Below, one piece after another: positions 1 to 13,162 of a DNA stretch of 64,000 nt. Location of the stretch: the NCBI RefSeq assembly GCF_011386835.1, contig NC_088791.1:247628001-247692000 (forward strand), written 5' to 3'. Position 1 is the stretch's first letter; every line of letters begins with the position of its first letter. Under the pieces are notes generated by a model. It did not search any database, was not told the origin of the DNA, and worked only from the letters and a program-made list of their open reading frames with translations. The position numbers and the translations under genes were made by a program. Source of the stretch: Chrysemys picta bellii (taxonomy: Eukaryota).

Positions 1-38
1 TAACCAGGGTCACCTGGTGAACCTCTTACACCATCACC
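1..38 (-). CDS. COL4A2: COL4A2 exon 25-equivalent (5' part; continues beyond window start)
   Basis: Acceptor ...ctgttttcccatAG (AG = plus 39-40), then GGT GAT GGT GTA AGA GGT TCA CCA GGT GAC CCT GGT = GDGVRGSPGDPG; human alpha2(IV) recalled as GDGIKGPPGDPGY. Confidence 0.9.
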
Positions 39-229
39 CTATGGGAAAACAGATTAAATATACAGAGATGGGCACTTTGACTTTGCATAAAAATAAACCT
101 CACCCAAACAATTAAACACTTTTTCTTATGATCAGTAATTGGTAGATGTTTCCATGTATCATGGCCATTTACAAGGGTGACATCAGCAAAAAACCTTTAA
201 CATAATAAGGTAACATGTTAACTTAGATG

Positions 230-1352
230 TGTGACACTGCACTCCATATGCTTTATGGAAGTATGCTTATGAATATGACATAATTGGAATATGCTTTATA
301 CTAAATACCCCTTGTATGGTGTCATTAGAAAGCTTGTAATCTACTAAGTGTGTTCATCCTATTTGTTTGCATGTATTATTTCTATATCTGGAGTTAGGAG
401 AATAAGATATAAACTTGTATCACTGTTGTAAACATATTAAATGGAGGCCATTAAGGGTGCTCCAGAAACAATCAGTTGTAAATGGCCTTAGTTACTTGAA
501 AGCCTTCCTGTGTACGTGTGGGCCAGCCCATGGGGAATGGAGACTAGGGGTTTTACAGTGACATGTGACCATGTCACCTGATAATGAAATCCATCTTAAA
601 GCTGGTATTTTTCCATTTAGAAGATGGGGTGGGGACCGAGCGAGACAAGAGATTCCTGCCTTGTGCCAAAACTATAAAAGGGGGCGGAGCAGGATGAAGG
701 AGGAGGCCAGTCATGAGAAAACCCCTGCTTTCCACCTGAGATATCTGTACCGGGGAAAGGATTGGGCCCAGACTAGGAAGGAGTCTAGTCTGTGAAAGAA
801 GCTTATTGGAACATCTCTGAGGGTGAGATATTACCTGTATTCAATTTCTTAATGTATTAGGCTTAGACTTGCGTGTTTTTGCTTTATTTTGCTTGGTGAC
901 TTACTTTGTTCTGTCTGTTATTACTTGAAACCACTTATATCCTACTTTTATACTTAATAAAATCACTTTTGTTTTTTAATAAACCCAAAGTAAATGATTA
1001 ATACCTAGGAGAGCAAACAGCTGTGCATATCTCTCTATCAGTGATATAGAGGGCAAACAATTTATGAATTTACCCTATATAAGCTTTATACAGAGTAAAA
1101 CAGATTTATTTGGAGTTTGGATCCCATTGGGAGCTGGGTGCAGGAGACAGGTAACCTGCTGAACTGTTTTCAGTTAAGTCTGCAGCTTTGGGGGTGTGGC
1201 CCAAACCCTGGGTTTGTGTTGCAGCAGACTAGCACGTCTGGCTCAACAAGGCAGGGTTCTGGAAGTCCCAAGCTGGCAGGGAAAACGGGCTCAGAGGTAA
1301 TTTCAGCACATCAGGTCACAGTCCCGAGGTCTCTGTGACCGAACCCGTCCCA
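230..1352 (+). mobile_element. Solo LTR (~1.12 kb)
   Basis: TG...CA ends (TGTGACA / CGTCCCA); exact 5-bp TSD AGATG at 225-229 and 1353-1357; TATAAAA at 673 and AATAAA at 956. Confidence 0.85.
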
Positions 1353-1379
1353 AGATGTATAACCAGGGATGGTACCAAT

Positions 1380-1870
1380 GAAACAAACATCCATTGACAG
1401 AACATTCCACCAGAGAGGGCTAAGGCCGGTGAATGCACATCATTTGGGCTATGTGAACCAGTCACACACCACCTGTGGCTGTAAAGCTGAATGTGACTTT
1501 TGGAGAGTCTGTGGGATCGATCGGAGACCTGCTTACTCTGCTGAGAAATGTGTGGCAGGCCAGGTAGCATTGTGTAAGTTGATCAGAGTGTGAGCAACAT
1601 CGTTTCACATCTCCCCAAGCAATCAAGTAAGGAGAAATGGGAGGGAGAAGAAACAGCATGACCCCTTTCTTGAAGACAGAACGACTAGGGCAGCAAAGGC
1701 AGGAGAGTGTAGAAAGTGTCAAATGGCGTTTTAGAGAAAGAGTAATTAGCTGTGGAGAGGAATCATTACAATCAGAAATGGGTCAGGCCTGGTGTTTGAA
1801 CCCAAATTAGATTTAGGCTGGGGCTCATGTTACAACAGTTCTGAAACCTTGAGAGCTTTCATATGATTTT
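1380..1870 (-). mobile_element. Degenerate L2/CR1-clade LINE fragment (end of ORF2)
   Basis: Minus translation LSKSHIQLYSHRWCVTGSHSPNDVHSPAL weakly resembles the LQKLQLVQNAAARLVTG...HITPAL motif; boundaries approximate. Confidence 0.35.
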
Positions 1871-2548
1871 GTTACAAAATGACAGATATTTCTTAATCTG
1901 CTGTTCTAATGACATTTCTGCCATCTTGAGCCAAAATTACATGAGAATAACTGTTCTTTCAAGATTGGTGTCACAATGAACCAGAAAATAGGTCCTTTTC
2001 AGATTTAGATTTGACTGATGACAACAATCATTGGCATTCAGATTTGATGTTCTGGGTCTGGCCCGTTTCTAGTTATGATGTCTGAGCCCACTGCTATGTC
2101 AATATGTGATGACTTTATGATTTCAGGATGCATCACCCTAGTGCAAGCATAATATGCACTGTCAGGCAGCTGATCTGCGATTAATTTTTGCCTCTCCATA
2201 ACTTCATTTGATGACCATGTAGCTCTTAAGAGATATTCAGTGTGAAAGAACTTCATGTAAGTTTAAAAGGAGGGAAAACAAATAATAAATCATTGATGGA
2301 GCAAACTGACATGTCTGGAATATAAACTGGTATTAATTTGCTTAAATAAAATGGGAAAAGAATGGAAAATAATTAATATTTTAATTAATATAACATCTAA
2401 ATCTGATAATTGAATGCATCAGCAACCAGTGAAGATAGGATAAGAATTTATGATGTAGGTATGGAGGACAGCTCGGTTATGAGATGCTGAACTAAAGAAG
2501 TCTGTAATTAAATATGGTAGGCAAATATTGGATATAGTTGTTACTTAC

Positions 2549-2655
2549 TGGAAGGCCAGGAAGCCCTGGTAAGCCATCTATACCATCTTTTCCTGGAAAC
2601 CCATCTTCACCTTTAATGCCAGATAGTCCAGGACCTCCAGGGTCTCCTTTGGTAC
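2549..2655 (-). CDS. COL4A2: COL4A2 exon 24-equivalent, 107 bp
   Basis: cttctttAG / GTaagt; phase 1-0; (G)[35 protein letters not shown]. Confidence 0.93.
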
Positions 2656-2753
2656 CTAAAGAAGTGCTCTCAATGTGAAATTACTCCTGCATTGGACAAA
2701 AGGCTTACATATATAATTTGCAAATTGCAAGGGAAGTAGATTGCTTGCTTTAC

Positions 2754-2826
2754 CTTTCGTTGTAACATATCTAGAATCTCCTTTCTCCCCTTTTGGCCCA
2801 GGCAATCCAACTGCACCATGAATTCC
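2754..2826 (-). CDS. COL4A2: COL4A2 exon 23-equivalent, 73 bp
   Basis: tatcaacAG / GTaaag; GIHGAVGLPGPKGEKGDSRYVTTK(G); GDSR-x-x-TTKG is characteristic of alpha2(IV) (human recalled as GDSRTITTKG). Confidence 0.95.
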
Positions 2827-3131
2827 CTGTTGATATCCATTTTAAATAAAGTTAATCAGAACTTTATTTAGGAAACACATGGAAAAGCGATAGTTAAAAG
2901 TAAACCTGTGTGCCAAGTGACCCTCTGTTGTTCTTCAAAAAGCTCCTCAAAACTTACTTCTTTAACATCTCTTTCTATTAATGATTTTCAACCTGGTGTT
3001 CCCATTCTTGTGCTTGATCCTTAATCAGTGTGTTGTCTCTCTACTTTAGATAGTAAGCTCCTTGTAACAAGGAACTTGTCCTCTTATATGTCTGTAAGAT
3101 GCCATGAACTCCTATGGGAGTATATAAAATA

Positions 3132-3319
3132 CACCTCTACCCCGATATAACGCGACCTGATATAACACGAATTCGGATATAATGCGATAAAGCAGTGCTC
3201 CAGGGGGGCGGGGCTGCGCATTCCGGCGGATCAAAGCAAGTTCGATATAACACGGTTTCACCTATAACGTGGTAAGATTTTTTGGCTCCCGAGGACAGCG
3301 TTATATCGAGGTAGAGGTG
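3132..3319. mobile_element. Tc1/mariner-type MITE
   Basis: TIRs CACCTCTACCCCGATATAACGC / GCGTTATATCGAGGTAGAGGTG, flanked by TA at 3130-3131 and 3320-3321. Confidence 0.88.
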
Positions 3320-3837
3320 TACTTGGAAACATGGTGAGCCGCATCTAATTGTAACAAAGGAGAGTTCATGTAATGAAGTAAAATATTTGTTTTTGATATA
3401 CAGTGAGAAATAAGAAATGACAGATCTTCCTCTCCCTTCCCCTTACACACAAAAAGTGCTAGCCTTGCAGTCTAGCAACGGCACCAAATAATTGAGGGGA
3501 ACCTCTAGTTGGGTGCCAAGATCCCAGACCAGGAGGGGGTCAGAGAGCTGCAGAGGATCAATATTTATGCCCTGATGAGGAGCAGAGGGCGGATTCAAGC
3601 TTCTCTCTCATCTCTGGTCAATTAATGGAGTAGGTTTGATTGGGACCGACCCGAGGAAAGACACAACGCATGGTATGTGTAAGTAATATGTTCTTTCCCC
3701 TCACTCAAAAAAGTTAAGGTTTTACTAGCTAATAGTGCCAAATTTGTAAACTTTCTTTAAATATCTGAAAGGAAACTATTGAAGTATTTCTGTTAGATTT
3801 CTGACCAAATAATATAACAAACTCCTTCTTATTCATA

Positions 3838-3887
3838 CACCATACTATACTGGCTCCTGAGGACAGCGTTATATCGGGGTAGAGGTG
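3838..3887. mobile_element. Remnant (right terminus) of the same mariner-type MITE
   Basis: 3851-3889 repeats the right end of the 3132 element with 2 differences; TACACC at 3836-3841 may be a 4-bp stub of the left TIR. Confidence 0.7.
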
Positions 3888-4214
3888 TAATAGTGGTCCA
3901 GATTTGTTCCTGCTGGTGCAGGGAGGTGCCATGTACATGTGCTGGGCCCCATAACCCCAGGGAGGCTTCATCAAGAAGGAGAGTAGGTGGAAATACCACT
4001 ATCTACATTATATGCAGGATTCTGAGGGATAATGGCAGCTTTACAACTGCCAGGGACTCCAATGGAGGGGCAAAGTCTACTGAGGGAATACGCCATATTA
4101 CTTATAGTGGGAAGTAAGGTAAATTCTGCAAGCAATTCCTGGAGTAGGAAAACAAAACTCAGAATTTATTTTTATTTATTTCTGGGCATTTTTCTTCTGC
4201 TCAGCATCATACTA

Positions 4215-4400
4215 TGTGAGGGCCTCACAACACCTGTGTGATGTAGAGAAGTATTATCTTCCACATTTAACAGGTGAGGAGACTGAGGCATAGGGAGGTT
4301 AAATGACTTGCCTTAGGTCACACAGAAAATCTGTGGCAGAACTGAGAATAAAACCCAGATTTCCTGATTCCTGGTCCTTTGTCCTGAATACAAAACCACT
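4215..4400 (-). mobile_element. MIR/CORE-SINE-like fragment
   Basis: Core-like text gaggagactgaggcatagggaggttaaatgacttgccttaggtcacacag. Confidence 0.6.
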
Positions 4401-5255
4401 GGAGCCCAGGATTAATTTAGGGTGCAAAGTGCATCTGTCACAAATAACAGGTTCTTTATTCAGGCAGCTACTGTTTATCACCAAATGCACTGGTAAACTA
4501 TCACAAGATATGTACTGCTAACTTATATAACCTTAGTTCAAGCTGGTATCATTCTATAGCTTTCAGCCAAGCACATGATACTTGTGCTATCTTATACCCA
4601 CTGCCAACTTCTACTAGGCCTCACTCTAAGCTTTTAACACTTAAATTCCTTAAGTCCTGTAACCAAGTCTATTTTTAATAAATATATTATTAAATACTTG
4701 CCGTTACGACTTCAACAACTTCCATTCTTATTTCTATAAGCATGCTTAGCAGCTAGATTCTATTTTACCCTAAACTATAGGGCCTTCCAAGATCAGGTCA
4801 GGAGTCAACACCATCCTGGTACCCATCTGAAGCTGCAATTCAATGGTCTGGGCACCAAAGCCCATCCCAAGGAAGTTCATCCAGCATGGTGGCTATGGCG
4901 ATTTCAGCCCCGGGGACTTTGTGCCATGGTACACAGAATAAGAAGTAAATTGTCGTTCCATTTTAATTTTGCTTAGAAGACTCATGCTCCAAATCCATTA
5001 CTAGAGCATAGTACCCTTTTGCAGCCCTAGTTCTGTCTCTTTGTGTAGTTGTCCTTCGGTATGAAATGAAGCCAAGTTGTTCTTGGCTCCAAAGTACACA
5101 TGGAAACTATTTCTCTGTTGCTGAATATGTGAAACGTACAGATTCACACTTCCATAAAGTCTTGTGTAGACCAAATCTATGATATATAGAAGTTGATTTG
5201 TCAACTAATATTTACAAGCTTCATTTAAATGTATGGTCAGCAAAGTGATGTCTTA

Positions 5256-5499
5256 GGGCTTGTCTACACAAACACTTAGTTCATGGCAAGCTCTCGTCTA
5301 AATCTACCCCATGCTACCCTAGAAGTTCCATAGTGTGCTTAGATCTACCCCACTTTCAAATGGGAATAGATCAAAGTGCACTATGGAACTTTAGAGCATG
5401 GCAGCAGGGTCCACCTGGATACTTAATGTGTGGAAAGTTAGTACAGGGTAGATTTAGACCCTAGCTTGCCAAGAACTAAGCATTTGTACAGACAAGCCC
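5256..5499. mobile_element. PIF/Harbinger-type palindromic MITE
   Basis: TIRs GGGCTTGTCTACA / TGTACAGACAAGCCC; exact 3-bp TSD TTA on both sides; imperfect internal palindrome. Confidence 0.85.
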
Positions 5500-6354
5500 T
5501 TAGATACCAGTGTAGAGATGTGTATTTCAGATGTTCTTTTTTAAAGGCAAAGGAAGCTCTGGAATCTAATGTGAGGCCAAATTCTGACCTCAGTTAAATG
5601 GTTGTAAGTCTGGAGTAACTGCTCTATATTAGTGAAGTGATTTTAGCTTTTCTATTTTTTGCTTTGAAAGATTGTATATAATGTATTTTAGAGTTAGGTG
5701 CCTGCCCAAAGTTTTACAGCTAATGTTTCTCTTTCTTTCATGCTCAACATCTTCAGTCACTTTGGGTCAAATTCAGGGTCATTCAATATAATTGACTGAA
5801 TATGTCCAATGAATTACGGAGTTACTCCTGACTTTGTTGCAACTGAAAGTAAAGTCTGGACCAAAGTTATTGAAGATCTTCAGTTATAAAAGAGAAATAT
5901 TATTTGTAAAACTTTGGGCAAACTCCTATAACTGGTTGAAAATATTTTAGTCAAAAACATGTTTTGAGGCGTGGAAATTTTCTTATAAAGAAATTTTTTG
6001 AAGAAGACTAAAAAAAAAGCCAATTTTGTTATGTTTTGTTTAGGACAACCAATAACCAAGCCAAATTTTTGTTTTCAGTTGTTGTAAAACAAAAAAAAGT
6101 TTTGGTTGGGTTTTAGTTTTCTATCAAAAGCCTGACAAATTCCATTAAAAATTAGATACAAATGAAAAATTATCATTTTCTTTGATTTTTTTTGTTAAAA
6201 TAAACTATATTTTTAACCAGCTCTACAAAAAATCCATTGCTAAAACAAGAGTCTCAGTCTCATTGAGGATCCAGTTCACAAAGCCCAATTCTGATTCTAT
6301 GTAGAACACTGTAATCCAGAAGTGGTTATTAAAACAGATAAGGAAGTGTTGTTT

Positions 6355-6756
6355 ACTCCTTCTCATAACACAAGAACTAGAAGTCACCAAATGAAATGAA
6401 TAGGCAGCAGGTTTAAAACAAACAAAAGGAAGTATTTCTTCACACAACACACAGTCAACTTGTGGAATTCTTTGCCAGAGGATGTTGTGAAGGCCAAGAC
6501 TATAACAGGGTTAAAAAAAGAACTAGATAAATTCATGGAGGATAGGTCCATCAATGGCTATTAGCCAGGATGGGCAGGGATGGTGTCCCTAGCCTCTGTT
6601 TGCCAGAATCTGGGAATGGGTGACAGGGGATGGATCACTTGATGATTACCTGTTCTGTTCATTCCTTCTGGGGCACCTGGCCAGTCAGAACACAGGATAC
6701 TTGGTTAGATGAACCTTTGGTCTGACCCAGTATGGCCGTTCTTATGTTATGTTCTT
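6355..6756 (+). mobile_element. CR1 LINE 3' fragment
   Basis: End of ORF2 (acaaacaaaaggaagtatttcttcacacaac...) followed by the 3' UTR ending ggtctgacccagtatggccgttcttatgttatgttct. Confidence 0.85.
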
Positions 6757-7624
6757 AAACGATTGTTGGTAAGGTAGTTATTTTATCAACAGTACAAAAT
6801 TATTGATTTGTGGCTTTTAAGAAGACATAATATAGCATAAATAAGATCCTCACAATTCAGCAGTTAGACACATGTATTTTGTTAGAAACAACATTAAAGC
6901 CCACCCCTACTGGCATTATCATCATCTTGTCAGCTAGCAATGGATTTATTAGAGTTGGTTGAAAAAAATTCTTTGAAACATTTTTTGATGAACAATGATT
7001 TGATTTGCCAAAAAATCCATTTTCATGAAAAACATTTGTTTTTTCATCAATATCACTGGTCTACAATTTTTGAGAAGTCGTCTGCTTCAGAGATAAAATG
7101 TGCTATTTATTATGTATTTTGATGTGCTGAATTCAAATATGGCAATTAAAACAACTGATTGGCCACTGTTTCTAAGATATTTAAGTTTTTACATTTTACG
7201 TCTATGTATATTGTGTAGATAGTAGAGTTTTAATCATAAATTGTAAACCTAGGTCTTTTCATGTGTTTATGGTTGCTTTACATGATAATATTTCCCCTGT
7301 CCTGTTTATGTAACACTTTAAAAATCAGCAAAAGGGTTATATAAATAAAATTTATTATGAAACAAAAGGCAAAAAACTATTATGTACATAGTTTAGTCCT
7401 ATTCAATGTCTACTCAGCACTTCTTGGCTTGTCTCTTGTATTAGTAAAGTTTGACTCCATTTATTTCAGAAGCATTTTGGCTGTAGAGCAATGTATTTAA
7501 AGCAAAAATATGATGAATACTGAAGAAAAGTTGCAGTGAAAACAAGCAATTTTAAGGACATTCTTTTTCCTGACAAGTCTAGTATGTCTCTGAAAAAAAT
7601 GGATTAAAGAGATAAATAACTTAC

Positions 7625-7788
7625 ATTTTCACCAGAGAAACCTGGAAGACCATGCTGACCTTGATCTCCAACATCTCCTTTCCGTCCAGGCAGTCCAGTT
7701 GGGCCTGGAAAACCTGGTGGACCGGGTAGACCAGCAGGACCCCGTCTGGCTTCCTCACTTTCAATACATTTACAGTCCCCTGTTTCAC
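7625..7788 (-). CDS. COL4A2: COL4A2 exon 22-equivalent, 164 bp
   Basis: atttctgcAG / GTaagt; (G)[54 protein letters not shown]; contains the CxC interruption and GQHGLPGF of alpha2(IV). Lies within ORF 7604..7930. Confidence 0.96.
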
Positions 7789-8161
7789 CTGCAGAAATGT
7801 GGGAGGGAGGAAAACATAGAAGCTCATTGAAAACAAACATTTGGAAGAATTTATTATGAGAAATTGTAGGCGAGATAACTTTAATACATTGGGGTTCATG
7901 GCCCTGTTGAAGTTGATGACAAAACTCCAATTTACGTTAGTGGGACCAGGATTGATCCCTAATGAAGACACAAGTATATTAAAAAAGTGCTTTTGGGGAA
8001 AAGAAATAGCCCCATGAGATATTTTTCTTATTGTGTTAGCACTAGGTCAAATTCTGCAGTCCTAGTTCAGATCATGCTCAGGCAAAACTCACACTGAGCA
8101 CAACGAACGTTTTGGATGAATAAGGACCTCCAGATTTGGCCCACTATTTGTAACGTCTTAC

Positions 8162-8254
8162 CTTTCAATCCTTTTTGTCCTCGGAACCCAGGGAAACCTT
8201 GGCTGCCTGCCTCACCTGGATCCCCCTGGCGTCCCTTCAGTCCAAAAAGATAGC
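8162..8254 (-). CDS. COL4A2: COL4A2 exon 21-equivalent, 93 bp
   Basis: cctccatAG / GTaaga; (G)YLFGLKGRQGDPGEAGSQGFPGFRGQKGLK(G); human recalled as GFLFGLKG. Confidence 0.94.
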
Positions 8255-8359
8255 CTATGGAGGTTAATGCATTTGAAATATAGCATTAATGTTGTGTATA
8301 TTTACCCTTCCTGCCCTCCTTTCCATTCTTTATCCTGTTTTGAGCACCACTGCATCTGA

Positions 8360-10510
8360 CTCTTCTCTCTCCCTGCATGTTCCTGTCATCTACCATCCAC
8401 CCAACTCCTCCCCATCACCCTTCCTTTCTGATTTTTAATCCTGGCTCTCTGTCTTCACAATGTCCCCCCTCCTCCTTGGTGACTTCAACTACAATGTTGG
8501 TGACTCATTTCCCCCCCCCCCCCCCCTTAGCCTCCCATCTCCTCACCCTTCCTTGCCTTCTCATTTGATATGCAGCCCTGGTTCAACTCTCATACTCACC
8601 AAAATTGCCATTTACTTGACATGGTCTTTTCCAAGCACTGCTTGCTAACCTCTCTATTGCTCAACTGGCCTGCTCTGACCATCACTGGTCTCTCTCGATA
8701 CTGCCTGTTTCCCTCCCACCCCACCATGCCTGACCACCTGGTTCTTTGATGACTTCCAGACTATCAACGTCAATGACTTTTCCTCTGCTCTGTCTTCCAT
8801 TGATATGGTTGTTGATTCTCTCAATTTTTCCCACTCTTTCACTCTCTTTTGCCACTCTCTCTCAGTGTCTGCCTTGTCCATCCCCAGCCTAGGCTCACCC
8901 CTAACGCCCGCTTCCTCTGCTTCTGCTCTTTTGCTGCAGTGTGTCTCTGGCAGAAATCCCGAGACCAGGTTGACTTCTTCCACTGCACGTTTGTTCTTTC
9001 CTTCTTCAGTTCTGCCATTTTCCTAGCAAAGCAGCTCTATTTCTCAAACCTAACTGAGTCCTGCAGTTGCAGTCCCAGCCATCTTTTCACCACCTTGGAC
9101 TTCCTCCTTAACCCCATCCCTTCTCCCACCCTCACCTCCCTCTCTACTTTGGGTCTCAAGAACCGCTTGAGGTAAGTGCCGCTCGGATCCTGCACCCCTG
9201 AGCCTCTCCCCACGCCCCAACCCCCTGCCCCAGCCCTGATCCCCTTCCCACTCTCCAAACCCCTTGATCCCAGTCCGGAGCACCCTCCTGTAGCCCAAAC
9301 CTCTCATCCACAGCCCCAGCCCAGAGCCCGCACCCCCAGCCAAAACCTGCACCCCTTCCTGGACCCACGCCCCAGTCCTGATCCCCCTCCTGCCCTCCGA
9401 ACCCTTCGGTCCCATCCCAAAGCACCCTCTTACATCCCAAACTCCTCATCCCCAGAGCCCACATCCCCAAGCAGAGCCCTCACACCCTCCCGTACCCCAA
9501 CCCCAATTTTGTGAGCATTCATGGCCTGCCATACAATTTCTGTTTCCTGATGTGGCCCTCAGGCCAAAAAGTTTGCCCACCCCGTCATAGAACATAATTT
9601 TACAATTGCTGTCTGGAATTCTTCTCCTCCTATTCCATCCTAGACCCTCTCCAGTTGGGCTTCTGCCTCTTGCACTGCACTGAAACTGCTCTCACCAAAG
9701 TCTCTAAAGACCTCTTCCTAACCAGATACTCTATTCTCATCATCCTTTACCTGTCAGCTGCCTTTGACACCATCGGCCATACTTTTCTTGAAATCTGTCT
9801 TTCCTCAGGTCTCGTGACACAGTTCTCTCCTGGTTCACTTCCTACCTCTCTAACTGCTCCTTCAGCGTGTCCTTTGGAGATTCCTCCTTATTCTCCCTCC
9901 ATAGAGTTCCCTCCTTTGCCCAGGGACAAGATGGAGAGGGCCATCTCATGCACAAACACAAATTCAATCATCAACTTTATGCTGATGACTCTCAGGTGCC
10001 TCTCCACTCCAGATCGGTCTTTTTCTTTCCAAACTAAAAAGTATTGGCTTGTCTATGTGACATTGCCACTGGGATGCCCATCTGTCAGCTTAAACTCAGC
10101 CTAAACACAGCCCTTGCTTGTATCCATTCAAAACATGATAATTTTGCTAGCTCATTGCTTTGCATCCCCCTTCCCCATCACAACAAATGTAAAACTAACC
10201 CTCACACTTGGGGTGTGCACCCTGTAAGCAACCACAAAGCCACCTCATTGTCCTCCTTAAGATTCTTTGCCACAATGTCTATAAAAAAGCCTGACAATGG
10301 TTATGCAGCTGTTGTACTGGGGCCCCTGCCTATTATATTGATCAGTATTGTCTCACTGGTTCCTTGTGCTGTCTTGTCTGTCTGTATCTACCTGTTTTTT
10401 CTCATCTTATGCTTAGACTGTAAACTCTTTGGGGCAGAGACAGCCTTTTTGTTCTGTATTTTTACAGCACCGAGTACAATAGGTTCTGAGGCTCAGACAT
10501 GCTACTGCAA
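8360..10510 (+). mobile_element. Decayed L2-clade LINE (endonuclease, RT and tail), interrupted by a MITE at ~9160-9587
   Basis: EN motif LLLGDFN (ORF 8460); RT motif GFCLLHCTETALTKVSKDL...LYLSAAFDTI (ORF 9655); YADD at 9978-9989 in another frame; L2-type tail at ~10370-10510. Confidence 0.8.
9160..9587. mobile_element. GC-rich hAT-type MITE, left end not recognisable
   Basis: Right terminus tgtggccctcaggccaaaaagtttgcccacccc; internal C-rich repeats explain the spurious ORFs at 9037-9514. Confidence 0.65.
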
Positions 10511-11376
10511 TTCTGTTAGTAAATAACTGCAGTATTATTGACATGCAGTATTGGCTGTACCACATTTGACATAATATAGTACATCTAAAACATTTCTAAA
10601 TACTTAAAATTTACAATTCCATGGTATATTAATGACAGCCTATTTACTGCATGGGTTTACTCTGTAAATTCAGTCAATCCATAAGCCTATGTCCCCAGCT
10701 GTGCCAGAGTTTTGCTTGGTTCAGTGGAAAGGTGACTTTAAGTTATCTGGTTCATAATCCTTTACATTCTCCCCCATCTAATCTCTGGGATTGCCTTGGT
10801 CTGTTTCAACCCATGGTATAACTTGGAGCAGCTTCAACACTGCTCCAAATTTCACTGGCTGGCTGAGAGGACATCACACTCTGGCCCTACCAGCATTCCA
10901 GACCCTCCTCCTATTTTGGGGGTGAGGATGCTTTGATGAAGTAGCTATTCCATGTTAGGGGAACACTCAGCAGACTACTTAGGACAGTTTTATAGTACCT
11001 ATGTGAAATGGTCTACTGTATCACAAGCCAGGATCTAGTCCACAATCCTTTCATCAGTGAAAGTTAAAAAAAATATTTAAAGCCATGTTTTTATGTTCAC
11101 ATCCTAGACCGGACTGCTGGATTATTTTCTTTTAGCCATGGAGAGATACCAAAACATCTAGCAGTATTAGCATGGTTATCTTTCAACATGATTGATCATT
11201 AGATACTGCTCATTAAGCAGAGACATAGTGGGATTGGACAGAATTGAAATCAACTGTCTTAGACCATTCTTCTCAGGTAGATCACAAAGAGTTAAAACAG
11301 GCACCTTTTCCCTGACGTCTTCACAACGAGAAATCACAAATTCTTCATGGTCAGTGTATACATAAGACCTCTAGAG

Positions 11377-11596
11377 TAGGGGTTCTCAAACTGGGGGTCG
11401 GGACCCCTCAGGGGGTCACGAGGTTATTACACGGGGGGTCGCGAGCTGTCAGCCTCCACCCCAAACCCCGCTTTGCCTCCAGCATTTATAATGGTGTTAA
11501 ATATATAAAAAAGTGTTTTAATTTATGAGGGGGGGGGTCGCACTCAGAGGCTTGCTGTGTGAAAGGGGTCACCAGTACAGAAGTTTGAGAATATGG
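11377..11596. mobile_element. hAT-Charlie-type MITE
   Basis: Left TIR TAGGGGTTCTCAAACT preceded by CTCTAGAG (NTCTAGAN target preference); degenerate right TIR AAGTTTGAGAAT. Confidence 0.75.
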
Positions 11597-12556
11597 TGAG
11601 ATACTACTGTTTTCAACATAGAACCAGTAACATAGGTGCTGGAACTGGGTGTACTGGTGCACTCCTTGGCTTGAAGTAGTAACAACAACCCAAAGACATG
11701 GCTTCTCCCTTCAGCACCCCCACTATAAAAATTGTTCCAGCTCCACTGACCAGCAATATCTAAATGATATCCAGAACCCTGACAAACCTGTCCCAGTACC
11801 TGAGTGAATAGCGCCTGGATGAACAGCTGCTAGCTAAAATGTAACCCAGGCATGGAAGAAGTGACGTTGATAGAAAAAAGGAAATATCAAGAAGGTAGAT
11901 GGAGCTAGCAGTTTGCTTTTCATCAAAGGAATCAGCTCTGTGATTGTGGCTGAAAGTCCCAGGGTCCTCTATTGGATTCCTCACTGCTCCTAGACAACTA
12001 AATAATGATCAGCGTCAGCATTTTTTAAAACCTTTGGCCGGCCAGAAGGCTGCACCCCTTCCTGTCCAATGCAGAGCTAGACCAATGGCTCATGTTTGCC
12101 ACCTTCATACTTAACTATGGACACAACTATTTAAAATACATCAGGAACAAAAGGAACCTTAGCAATGGTGGATGCCTGTTGCTCAAAACTTGAGCTATGC
12201 AAAATTTCTCTGCTGAAAAATCCAAACCCTGAGAAAAAACACAAAACAAACCAACCAGATGTGTGTTCCAGGGTTTGTTATGAATGTTTGAAAAATCAGG
12301 TGAACACATCTTTCTTCCTGTGTTTCTTTGTCCTTTTGGCACCCTCCCTCCTGCCCACGTGCATATAATCACTTACTCTCCTCCACACTCTGCTTCTATC
12401 ATTGAATGCCCATTCCTCTCCCAATCTGACCTATTAACTTGACATGCCAGCAGCCTTGTTAGAAAATGATCAAACAACAACATTTCTGATTCCCTAAAAT
12501 TAAACCTGTTCATTTTCCAAAGACCTTACGGCCTGGCAGCATCTCTAGCCACTTAC

Positions 12557-12712
12557 CTGCAGTTCCTGGAGGACCAGGTGGGCCCTGGAATCCTTGAAGT
12601 CCTGGTTTACCATCACTACCTGGTGGGCCTGGCTGAGTTGCTGGAAAACCTGGTTCTCCACTAAAACCTTTGGCACCCGTTTCTCCACGTAAACCTCTTC
12701 TTTCAGAGCCAT
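12557..12712 (-). CDS. COL4A2: COL4A2 exon 20-equivalent, 156 bp
   Basis: cccatttcAG / GTaagt; (D)[51 protein letters not shown](G); phase 1-1. Confidence 0.94.
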
Positions 12713-12869
12713 CTGAAATGGGAACACATCACCCAAGAAATTGAGAATGATCTCTCAAACATGCTCTCAGATTAAGAGGCTAGGCGTGCTAGGTTATAGA
12801 GGGAAAGTAGGCATAACTACTTCCACCATGTGAGGAAACAATGCAGGTATTCTGAATATAGTGATAATA

Positions 12870-13045
12870 CCACTTTTCATCTGAGCAATTCAAAGCATGT
12901 TACCAAGGTGGTTGGTATCATTACCCCTGTTTGCAAGTGACTTGCCCAAAGTCGCACCAGAAGTCAGTGGCAGAAACCGGAATGGAATCCAGGTCTCCTG
13001 ATTACCAGTTCAGTTCCTTATCCACTATACCACACTGCCTCTTTC
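12870..13045 (-). mobile_element. MIR/CORE-SINE-like fragment
   Basis: Core-like text aagtgacttgcccaaagtcgcaccagaagtcagtggcagaaaccgg. Confidence 0.55.
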
Positions 13046-13162
13046 AGTACCCCGTGCTCCATATGTATTCCTGCCCCTGTTCCCAAAATAATTCTGACTA
13101 AAATAGGAGCACGGCGGATTGTTGTGAGTCAATATTTAGATAATGAAATATCAGAATATTAC

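Noticed and set aside
9037-9514. Overlapping Pro/Gly-rich ORFs (similar cases at 17639-18286, 35734-36029, 47165-47442 and 52922-53612)
   Set aside because: Artefacts of GC-rich MITEs and a CA microsatellite with few stop codons; no domain motifs.
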